A DNA stretch of 64,000 bases from Gammaproteobacteria bacterium (GTDB lineage: Bacteria; Pseudomonadota; Gammaproteobacteria; Tethybacterales; Persebacteraceae): positions 321,523 to 385,522 of the forward strand of contig OZ251571.1 in the NCBI GenBank assembly GCA_965243565.1, read 5' to 3'. The notes under the pieces were generated by a model. That model ran no database searches. It was not told the DNA's origin and saw only the letters and a program-made list of their open reading frames with translations. This document shows, piece by piece, positions 9,601 through 17,784 of this stretch (positions are counted from its first letter, which is position 1; each line of letters starts with the position of its first letter). A program made the translations under genes and the position numbers.

Positions 9601-9613
9601 AACAGATAAAGCA

Positions 9614-10522
9614 ATGAAATTTAAGCAAAAAGGTGTAACACTGGTTGAACTTTCTTTGGGGCTAGTTGCAACAGCTGTAATTGTGGGGGCGTTATTCCCA
9701 CAATTAGCGCTTGTATTTAGACATATTGAAAGCATACACAACGATAAATTTACGTCACATATTCGTCAAATACTTGTAGAATTTTACCGAAGAAATCCAG
9801 AGGATTTTGTTTCTAATGGAGCTCCCGCTGCCACAGTAGTGGATGTTGTTGATATTAATGAGTTTGCAACAGGAGCATTGGATGATGTCAGTGTTGATTT
9901 TAATAATGAAACATGGCATTATGTGGCTTGCTCAACAAGTGGTCAAATTACGGTACAGCCAGGGGGCGTTCTTAATTTCTGTGATATCATAGGCTACCGT
10001 AACGATGCTCCTCTTACTCTTAATTTAAACAATCGAAATTTGAATTTTTGGAATGGTCTAGTAAACGACGATACAATTGAGAGATTCGAAATAATTTCTG
10101 GACGTTCAATTATTCAAGATCAAATCGACATTACCCGACAGCGTGTAGAAAGGGTGAGAGAGAATTTAGAACAACACGCGGACACACTATTTCGCACAGC
10201 AAAACAAAGAGCATATAGAGTAAATCGTTATGTGGACCATTCAGTAGAAGATACTTATAAAACCAATTATGACTATGATGGTCGAGCAATTTTTGATCGA
10301 AGTCCCGCTATTAATCATGGCGAACGAGCGGCGCTTGGCTTTAATACTAATGATCTTATAACTCCCTTATCAACTGATCTTATTCAAATTGATAATACAT
10401 CAGCAAATATAAGATCGAATGATCATGGGCATGACCCTCCATATACTGCAGAAGTTTTTGTTATTATAAATGCGGGTGGTCTTGCTATCAGAGTGAGTAG
10501 TTTAGCAGTCACAAAAAACTAG
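9614..10522 (+). CDS. Large minor pilin-like protein, paralog 1 of 3.
   Basis: Prepilin N-terminus 'MKFKQKG|VTLVEL' with Glu+5. 302 aa. Shares the Cys-pair block 'W.YV.CS....FCDI.GYRN' and the C-terminal 'DLITP...IDNT...PYTAEVFV' block with the ORFs at 10602 and 13106. Confidence 0.7.
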   Translation: MKFKQKGVTLVELSLGLVATAVIVGALFPQLALVFRHIESIHNDKFTSHIRQILVEFYRRNPEDFVSNGAPAATVVDVVDINEFATGALDDVSVDFNNETWHYVACSTSGQITVQPGGVLNFCDIIGYRNDAPLTLNLNNRNLNFWNGLVNDDTIERFEIISGRSIIQDQIDITRQRVERVRENLEQHADTLFRTAKQRAYRVNRYVDHSVEDTYKTNYDYDGRAIFDRSPAINHGERAALGFNTNDLITPLSTDLIQIDNTSANIRSNDHGHDPPYTAEVFVIINAGGLAIRVSSLAVTKN

Positions 10523-10601
10523 CTAAAAAAATAGGTAATTATTGATAAATTACATATAATAGTACTTAAAAGATACAAATCTAAATATTAATTTATTAAC
10601 A

Positions 10602-11528
10602 ATGAAAATTCAGATTAAAAATCAAAGAGGTGTAACACTGGTTGAAATAGCCATATCTATTGTGCTATTATCTGTGCTTATAACTGTGCTGTTTAATGCG
10701 CTGGGTAATGCAATAGGAAGTATTCAGTATATTAAAAACGAAAAATTTTCACAACATATGCAAAAAACGGTTCTTGAATATTACAAACAAAATGTTTCAG
10801 ATCCTGCTGTAAATCCGCGGACGAGTCAATTCATGGTTGGTGCAGGTAACCCTGCGCCAGTACACATACCTGCAGCTGCTATAAATCCATTTTCATCTGG
10901 CGTTGTTACAGATGTTGCTATTGATTTTAATAACAATAGATGGTGGTATGTGAACTGCTCGTTTAATAATCCTAATAACGTTATAGCAGTAGGGGAGCAA
11001 AATTGGCGCTTTTGTGACATAGTTGCTTACAGAAATGAGAATCAATTGCCTGTAGCCGATTTAGTAATGACAAATATTGCGTTTTGGAATAATAGATTAA
11101 ATGCCAATGTAATTGATGACTACATTATTATATCTGGTAGTAATGTAGTACATGAGGCTGTTTCACAAACACGCAAATCTGTTAAGAGAGTTCGTGATTT
11201 ATTAGAAAATTATTACGTGCTACTTGTTTCGCATACAGAAGAACAACCTTATTTTATTAATCGATTTGCAGGTCATGATGGTTTTAATAAGCAAAGTCAA
11301 ACTTCATATGATGTACGATCGGCATTAAATTCAGACAATGTACTAGATAATAATGAATTATCTGCTATAGGTCTTGTGCCTAATGACTTAATAACACCGT
11401 TCGGAAGCATACAAATTGATAACACAAATAACAATAGGTTCCCTTATACAGCACAGGTGTTTGTTAATTTTCAAGATGTTAATGCGGACACTCTTAAAAT
11501 CAGTACACTTGCTGTTTCTAAACTTTAA
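10602..11528 (+). CDS. Large minor pilin-like protein, paralog 2 of 3.
   Basis: 'MKIQIKNQRG|VTLVEI' with Glu+5. 308 aa. Conserved blocks 'WWYVNCS...RFCDIVAYRN' and 'NDLITPFGSIQIDNT...PYTAQVFV'. Confidence 0.7.
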   Translation: MKIQIKNQRGVTLVEIAISIVLLSVLITVLFNALGNAIGSIQYIKNEKFSQHMQKTVLEYYKQNVSDPAVNPRTSQFMVGAGNPAPVHIPAAAINPFSSGVVTDVAIDFNNNRWWYVNCSFNNPNNVIAVGEQNWRFCDIVAYRNENQLPVADLVMTNIAFWNNRLNANVIDDYIIISGSNVVHEAVSQTRKSVKRVRDLLENYYVLLVSHTEEQPYFINRFAGHDGFNKQSQTSYDVRSALNSDNVLDNNELSAIGLVPNDLITPFGSIQIDNTNNNRFPYTAQVFVNFQDVNADTLKISTLAVSKL

Positions 11529-11540
11529 TAGGAAAAAATT

Positions 11541-12215
11541 ATGAAAAAAAACATTATAAAATTAATAAGTATTGGCTTGGTTTTTTCTGCACAGGTACAT
11601 GCAGAAGAAGTTGATTTATTTGATTACTGCAAGCAAATGGCAAAAGGATTCGCGATATTAGAGGTTAAAACTCAATTAAACTCAAAAGATGATTTAAATA
11701 CCTGCCGTCAATATATTGCTGAATTAGGAGAATTACGTAAACAATTTATCGTCATTGAAGAGTTCGATAGTTTGATTGATGAAGAGGAAGCCGAAGAAGC
11801 AATAGTTGAAGAAGATTATGTCACAGTTGATGATGCTATTTTACTAATACAGAATGAAATAAATAGTCTAAAATCTAAAATTGATAAAGATATAAGCAAG
11901 CAATTAGAAAAAATTAAAAGTGAGCAGCAACCAATTATTACTAATATTGAACAAAATCCAAATGTATCGCCTGTTGAAGAGCAAAAGCAACGGACAGTAG
12001 CAATACAACAACCTAAATCGTTTGAAATGGTTACATTCGTTGGACAGTTGCGTCAAGGGGGAGAGGATAAATACATAATCCAGGTGGATGGCAACCTAAT
12101 CCAATTAACTGAACAAGAAATGTACAAAGGATTTGCTTTTACAAAACAAGGTGACAATTATTATTTGGGAGATATAAAAGTGGCGGATAATCTAGAAACA
12201 TTGGAATCTAACTAA
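11541..12215 (+). CDS. Secreted periplasmic protein of unknown function, paralogous to the ORF at 14153.
   Basis: Signal peptide 'MKKNIIKLISIGLVFSAQVHA'. Conserved 'YC...C..Y.AEL.ELR' block, an acidic coiled linker, and a C-terminal 'YIIQVDGNLIQLTEQEMYKG' block shared with the 14153 ORF. Confidence 0.5.
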   Translation: MKKNIIKLISIGLVFSAQVHAEEVDLFDYCKQMAKGFAILEVKTQLNSKDDLNTCRQYIAELGELRKQFIVIEEFDSLIDEEEAEEAIVEEDYVTVDDAILLIQNEINSLKSKIDKDISKQLEKIKSEQQPIITNIEQNPNVSPVEEQKQRTVAIQQPKSFEMVTFVGQLRQGGEDKYIIQVDGNLIQLTEQEMYKGFAFTKQGDNYYLGDIKVADNLETLESN

Positions 12216-12267
12216 ATATTAGATTGTAGTTTAATGCGACATTATCATTTCATTCAGGAAGCGATTA

Positions 12268-13131
12268 GTGATTAATTCTAGGAGACACAATTATAACTAT
12301 GTACATAGTCAAAAAGGATTGGCATTATTATCGCTGATTCTTTTATTGGGTATAGTTTTAGGTGTAGCGTTGGTTGCATTTTATAATGTAATCGCAGAAG
12401 AGCGTTTAGCACTCCAAAATAATACCACTGATGAAAAATTACAAACTGTAGTTGATGACACAGAGGCTTATTATAGGCATAATCCTGATTTCACTGCACC
12501 CGGTTTTGCAGCTAATGTCTGTTCTTTTGCACTGGCAGTTAGTCCTCCGTTTGGATGTGCATTATCGCCGACTCAATTTTGGGGACGAGAAGGCGAGGTT
12601 ACATTTTTTAATATCCTTATTTTTGAACCTAATGCTGATCTTGCTGATAATGCAACGGTGCCAGTGGCTGCGATTAATGGAGAACAGATACAGTTAAACG
12701 CACAGCGAAATCTAAGAGAGCAACTTCGTAGAATCGTCTCAGTCATAGAAATAAACCATCAGCAAATGCACCAAATCAATGCTGGTGGTCATGCAGATAC
12801 TGGTGTTAATTTGTATTGTTTGAATGGGAACTCTCAAATAGGTCTATTGGGGTGTGAAAGCGATTGGACACCCCTACCTGCTGCTTTCTTAAGTGCGTAC
12901 TTAGCACCAGGAGATCAGGTATCTCCGTTCGGTACTCCTATTGTATACCAGACAGCAGGGACTGTCACCTTAACTGATGTCATTGACAACTATACAATCA
13001 GACCGAATGATTCTTATGATGTTGTGGCAGCCGTAGTTTCTGCAACTACACCTTGGGATAATAATGGGGTGGCTTTTCGAGAATGGGCTGTGGCACTAAA
13101 GGGAAATGCATACCATGATCTCGCGCAATAA
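12268..13131 (+). CDS. Pilin-like protein lacking Glu5, GspK/PilX-like in that respect.
   Basis: Basic leader ending 'SQKG', then the hydrophobic helix 'LALLSLILLLGIVLGVALVAF' with Ser rather than Glu at +5. 287 aa. Embedded among the other pilin-like genes. Confidence 0.4.
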   Translation: MINSRRHNYNYVHSQKGLALLSLILLLGIVLGVALVAFYNVIAEERLALQNNTTDEKLQTVVDDTEAYYRHNPDFTAPGFAANVCSFALAVSPPFGCALSPTQFWGREGEVTFFNILIFEPNADLADNATVPVAAINGEQIQLNAQRNLREQLRRIVSVIEINHQQMHQINAGGHADTGVNLYCLNGNSQIGLLGCESDWTPLPAAFLSAYLAPGDQVSPFGTPIVYQTAGTVTLTDVIDNYTIRPNDSYDVVAAVVSATTPWDNNGVAFREWAVALKGNAYHDLAQ

Positions 13132-14107
13132 AGGTATTACGCTTATAGAAATGGCAATAACTATTGCCGTACTTACTGTTTTAACTGGCGCAGTATTAGT
13201 GTCAGTGCCATTTGATTTGTTAAGTAATCTTCGTCAAAAAAATCATAAAGATTCTGTTGGTATTGTTTTGGATGCCTACTATCAAGTAAATATTGGAAAT
13301 TTAGTTTTTCCCACTGCTGCGGACGTGATTCTAACTACTATTAGTTTTGATGAGATAGAAGCCATTGGGAGGAATCTTAAACTTAATCAAGAAATAAATT
13401 TTAGTCAAGATTCTGGTGGGAGAAATTGGTTTTATGCGCAATGTTCAACATCAGGATTTTTGGATCATGCTGACATCTTTGTTTCTATAGATTCTTCCAC
13501 TAAAATATCATATTGTGGTCTTGTTGCTTATACAACGGGTGAAGCGGGGGCACCACTTGCGAATGATGTTATTAAAAACAAAACTATAGCAGATTGGCAA
13601 AATGCAACAGTGAATCCAGCAATCGAAGATTATGTTATTGTCGAAGGTCGAAGAGGTGTGAGTGCTGAAATAAACAAAACATCTGATAAATTAAATGCAG
13701 TTGTAACAGCATTTGAAGAGTACTATAGACTTTTAGATTCGAATGACCCTGTCGCAGGTATCGCAATTAATCGATTTTCTCATACACCATCACAGAATTA
13801 TGATTTACAGAGAAGAACGATTGATAAAATATCAATTTTACGCAATACTGAAGTAAAAGCTAATGATGATCATTTACTTACACGAAGTTATCAGGCTATA
13901 ATGAAAATTTCAGACGAGACTCTTAATACAGGGTTTGGCGAAATACAATTTGATAATGGCTCCACCAGCATACGAACATCTTCTCACACAACACCGGCTT
14001 ATAAGGTGTACCAAGGACCACCCTATACAGTTGAGTTATGGGTAGAGTTATCCGGGAATGGTGCTATAATGCGGAAGACGGCATCATCTAAAATTTACGG
14101 GTATTAA
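13106..14107 (+). CDS. Large minor pilin-like protein, paralog 3 of 3.
   Basis: 'MISRNKG|ITLIEM' with Glu+5; the start is probably the ATG at 13115. Conserved 'NWFYAQCSTSGF...SYCGLVAY' and 'GFGEIQFDNGSTSIRTS...PPYTVELWV' blocks. Confidence 0.7.
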   Translation: MHTMISRNKGITLIEMAITIAVLTVLTGAVLVSVPFDLLSNLRQKNHKDSVGIVLDAYYQVNIGNLVFPTAADVILTTISFDEIEAIGRNLKLNQEINFSQDSGGRNWFYAQCSTSGFLDHADIFVSIDSSTKISYCGLVAYTTGEAGAPLANDVIKNKTIADWQNATVNPAIEDYVIVEGRRGVSAEINKTSDKLNAVVTAFEEYYRLLDSNDPVAGIAINRFSHTPSQNYDLQRRTIDKISILRNTEVKANDDHLLTRSYQAIMKISDETLNTGFGEIQFDNGSTSIRTSSHTTPAYKVYQGPPYTVELWVELSGNGAIMRKTASSKIYGY

Positions 14108-14152
14108 TGGTATTAATACAATAAAAAATACAAATTTTAAAGGGGTTTTACT

Positions 14153-14872
14153 TTGAATAAATTAAAATTAATAGTTTTATTTTCTTTGCTATTAACAGGC
14201 TCTGTACAAGCAGAGAGTATTGATATCGAAGTATTATCAGTAGAGTACTGTAAAAAATTTCGTGAGGGAGCAACCGTTAATGTTGATAACAATATTCCTG
14301 ATCCAAGTAGTGGCAAAACAGAAATGGCTACAAGTTTTGACGTTACCATCTCTGAAATGGTTAAATGTAAAAAATACTTTGCCAATCTTACCGAACTTAG
14401 GCAGACAATACAGGATGTTAATAGTGATACTGACACAGAATTAGGACGAACTGACGATGTTTTACAAAATAATAATGTTATTTCGCTAGAAAGTTTCAAA
14501 GAAGAAATGGCGTACGAACTTGCTTTATTTGAGGAAAAATATTTTTCGCAAAAGAAAATCGAAATAGAAAATTATGTGCAAAAAATTAACTACGAAGCGC
14601 GTCAGTTAGCGCGTAACAGCAATACCGTTAGAAATACCGTCACTGCGGCCGTTAATCAAACAGCTGATGTTGCCAGCAACAGAGTGCAAACAAAAAAAGA
14701 AGCACCACTATTCTTATTACAAGGGACTTTTCGTCAAAGTGGTACTGAATACTATATCATTAAGAGCTTTGATCAATTGATAACCTTAAAAGAGGGTGAT
14801 TCTTTTAAGGGGAAAAAATTACTTAAAAACCCAAAAGGTCTATATTTTGATGATTATCGTATCATTCAATAA
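14153..14872 (+). CDS. Secreted periplasmic protein, paralog of the 11541 ORF.
   Basis: Signal peptide 'MNKLKLIVLFSLLLTGSVQA'. Shared Cys-pair and C-terminal 'YYIIKSFDQLITLKEGDSFKG' blocks. Confidence 0.5.
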   Translation: MNKLKLIVLFSLLLTGSVQAESIDIEVLSVEYCKKFREGATVNVDNNIPDPSSGKTEMATSFDVTISEMVKCKKYFANLTELRQTIQDVNSDTDTELGRTDDVLQNNNVISLESFKEEMAYELALFEEKYFSQKKIEIENYVQKINYEARQLARNSNTVRNTVTAAVNQTADVASNRVQTKKEAPLFLLQGTFRQSGTEYYIIKSFDQLITLKEGDSFKGKKLLKNPKGLYFDDYRIIQ

Positions 14873-14903
14873 AGTATAATTCATTTTTTTTAGGACTTTA
14901 TTT

Positions 14904-16082
14904 ATGGTAAATATTTTTAGGACTGCTTTAGTGACGGTCCTGATTTGCGCAACATCATCTGCGGCATGGAAAATGGGAATGCAAGATCCTGCCAGCGAAA
15001 TGGCAACCATTCAACGTGAAATTAATACTTTTATGATGTGGATAGTGGTGGCGATAGGCATTGTTGTCTTTGGTGCGATGTTCTATTCTATTCTGTATCA
15101 TCGTAAAAGCAAAAACTACAAAGCGGCTAATTTTCATGAGAATACATTGGTTGAGATAATTTGGACTACGGTGCCAATGTTAATAATTATTGGTATGGCT
15201 TATCCGGCAACTACTGCTATTATTAAATACAAAGACACCAGTTCGCCTGACATTAGCATTAAAGCAACGGGTTATCAGTGGAAATGGTCGTATGATTATT
15301 TACAAGAGGGTATTTCGTTTTATAGCCAGTTGTCCACTAAACCAGAAGAAATTGGTGGAAAATATTACAATTCTGATGCAAAAGCCAGTCCCAAGTCTGA
15401 AAACTATTTGCTAGAGGTTGATAAAGAATTGGTTGTGCCTGTGGGTAAAAAAATACGCTTATTATTAACAGCAGCAGATGTTATTCATGCATGGTGGGTG
15501 CCACAGTTGGGAGTTAAACAAGACGCTATTCCTGGTTTGGTGCGTGATGCATGGTTTATGGCAGATAAAGAGGGGGTTTATCGTGGTCAATGCGCTGAGC
15601 TTTGTGGTAAAAACCATGGGTTTATGCCTATTGTTGTTAGAGCCGTTAGCGAAGAAGATTACAATGCTTGGGTAAAAAGAAACGGTGGTAATATTACCGA
15701 TAAATCAACCACCAGTAATGATCCAACTTTTGTTGCAGATGCTGGTACGGCTGCTGCAATACAGCCAACTGTTGCCACTGAATGGACTATGAAAACTGCC
15801 ATGGCTAAAGGTGAAATGGCTTATGCTACTTATTGTGGTGCTTGTCATCAGGCCAATGGTGAAGGTTTATTGCCTACTTTTCCTGCACTTAAAGGCTCTG
15901 CTGTTGCAGTAGGAGATATTGCCGCCCATATAGATATTGTTGTGAACGGTAAGGCCGGTACAGCAATGGCAGCATTTAATTATCTTTCTGATGAAGATAT
16001 TGCCGCAATTATTACTTACGAACGAAATGCTTGGGGCAACAGTACAGGTGATTTAATATCCGTTGATGATATTAAAAAATAA
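14904..16082 (+). CDS. coxB: Cytochrome c oxidase subunit II (CuA type) with a fused C-terminal monoheme cytochrome c domain.
   Basis: Two N-terminal TM helices. COX2 CuA signature 'VIHAWWVPQLG...(33)...CAELCGKNHGFM'. C-terminal heme-binding motif 'CGACH'. Confidence 0.85.
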   Translation: MVNIFRTALVTVLICATSSAAWKMGMQDPASEMATIQREINTFMMWIVVAIGIVVFGAMFYSILYHRKSKNYKAANFHENTLVEIIWTTVPMLIIIGMAYPATTAIIKYKDTSSPDISIKATGYQWKWSYDYLQEGISFYSQLSTKPEEIGGKYYNSDAKASPKSENYLLEVDKELVVPVGKKIRLLLTAADVIHAWWVPQLGVKQDAIPGLVRDAWFMADKEGVYRGQCAELCGKNHGFMPIVVRAVSEEDYNAWVKRNGGNITDKSTTSNDPTFVADAGTAAAIQPTVATEWTMKTAMAKGEMAYATYCGACHQANGEGLLPTFPALKGSAVAVGDIAAHIDIVVNGKAGTAMAAFNYLSDEDIAAIITYERNAWGNSTGDLISVDDIKK

Positions 16083-16111
16083 TCGTTAATCCTTGCCAAT
16101 AATTTTTAATA

Positions 16112-17578
16112 ATGTCAATCAACACAAGTTTATTAGAGTTCGGTGCACTTGTTGGCAATAAAAAATGGCTAGTTTCGCAAGATCAGCAAGAATCATTTAC
16201 AAATAAATTAGCTGTCAATAATCCGTCAACAGGCGATTTACTGATGTATGTTCCATTGTTAGGAGCAGAAGAAGCAGAGCAATGTGTTAATGTGGCAAGT
16301 GCTGCACTGGTATTATGGCGCAAAAAAACAGCCAAAGAACGGGCTGTCATTCTTATGCGATGGGCGTCATTAATGGTAGAGCATAGTGAAGAACTGGCAA
16401 ACATAATGACGTTGGAGCAAGGAAAACCAATAGCAGAAGCACGGGGAGAGATTGCTTATGCGGCTTCATTTTTGCAATGGTTTGCTGAAGAAGGAAAACG
16501 CAGTTCTGGTGAAATTTTGCCTGCGTTTAAACCAAATTCTCAAGTACAGGTAACCCGCGAGCCTATCGGTGTTGCCTCAATTATTACGCCGTGGAACTTT
16601 CCTGTTGCTATGATCACACGTAAGTTGGGAGCAGCATTGGCAGCCGGATGTACCGCTGTTATTAAACCATCTGAATTAACACCATTGTCGGCATTGGCAA
16701 CTATAAATCTGGGGTTAAAAGCAGGGTTGAGTGATGGTGTTGTCAATATTATTATGGGAGATGCCCCTGCTATTGGTAGAGTTTGGTGTGCTCACCCCAG
16801 TGTGCGGGTTTTATCGTTTACAGGATCGACATCTACTGGAAAATACTTGGCAGAGGCTTGTGCTCCGACTATTAAAAGAATGAGTTTAGAATTAGGCGGT
16901 AATGCTTCTTTTATTGTATTTGACGATGCTGATATCGACTTGGCTGTACAACAAGCGATGTTTTCAAAATTTAGAAACGCAGGTCAAACTTGCGTTTGTG
17001 CTAATCGATTTTATGTGCAAGCTGGTGTTTATGATGTTTTTGTCGAAAAATTTAAAATCGCGATTGAAACTTTAAAAGTGGGAGATGGTTTAAATCCAAC
17101 GGTAACCATAGGACCATTAATTAATGAAGCAGCGGTTCATAAAGCACAGCTGCATGTAGATGATGCTGTTGCCAAAGGTGCAACATTGGTTATTGGTGGG
17201 CAGAGTTTGGGGGGTAATTTTTATACACCTACTTTATTGACTGAAATGACGGATGATATGCTGCCTAGCCATGAGGAAAGTTTTGCCCCTATCGCACCAA
17301 TTTATCGCTTTTGTGATGAGGCCGAAGTTATTGCCCGTGCCAATAATACCGAATACGGTTTGTCATCTTATTTTTGCAGTCAAGATTTAGGGAGAGTAAT
17401 GCGTGTGTCAGAAGCATTAGAAGCGGGCATAATAGGCGTTAACGAAGGTATTATTTCTGCGGAAAGTGTTCCTTTTGGTGGCGTTAAAATGTCTGGTTTG
17501 GGGCGTGAAGGATCTCATCAGGGTATGGAAGAATACACCGAAATAAAATACACACTCATTGGATATCCCAGCCAGTAA
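16112..17578 (+). CDS. gabD: NAD(P)-dependent succinate-semialdehyde dehydrogenase.
   Basis: ALDH motifs 'ELGGNA' and 'FRNAGQTCVCANR'. The 'LMTLEQGKPIAEARGEIAYAASFLQWFAEEGKR' block is GabD-like. Confidence 0.8.
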   Translation: MSINTSLLEFGALVGNKKWLVSQDQQESFTNKLAVNNPSTGDLLMYVPLLGAEEAEQCVNVASAALVLWRKKTAKERAVILMRWASLMVEHSEELANIMTLEQGKPIAEARGEIAYAASFLQWFAEEGKRSSGEILPAFKPNSQVQVTREPIGVASIITPWNFPVAMITRKLGAALAAGCTAVIKPSELTPLSALATINLGLKAGLSDGVVNIIMGDAPAIGRVWCAHPSVRVLSFTGSTSTGKYLAEACAPTIKRMSLELGGNASFIVFDDADIDLAVQQAMFSKFRNAGQTCVCANRFYVQAGVYDVFVEKFKIAIETLKVGDGLNPTVTIGPLINEAAVHKAQLHVDDAVAKGATLVIGGQSLGGNFYTPTLLTEMTDDMLPSHEESFAPIAPIYRFCDEAEVIARANNTEYGLSSYFCSQDLGRVMRVSEALEAGIIGVNEGIISAESVPFGGVKMSGLGREGSHQGMEEYTEIKYTLIGYPSQ

Positions 17579-17784
17579 AAAAATACCATAGAGGATTTTT
17601 CTTTATTTTCTAGAGTAGAGCGCTATAAGAAAACGAGATAAAATATTGATAAAATACAGTAATGTCAATATAAAATCATTTTTTACATTATTTGCTATGC
17701 TTTCATTTTCAAATAAGTTATTAGATAGGCAATGATTTTTAGAGTGAAAAAGCATATAATATATTGATTGTAAAATAGAATATT

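Noticed and set aside
12452-12697. 81-aa plus-strand ORF overlapping the Glu5-less pilin-like gene in another frame.
   Set aside because: It lies entirely within a better-supported ORF in the same orientation, with no independent signal.
14137-14499. 120-aa minus-strand ORF overlapping the 14153 secreted-protein gene.
   Set aside because: It is antisense to a gene that has a clear signal peptide and a paralog. It has no features of its own.
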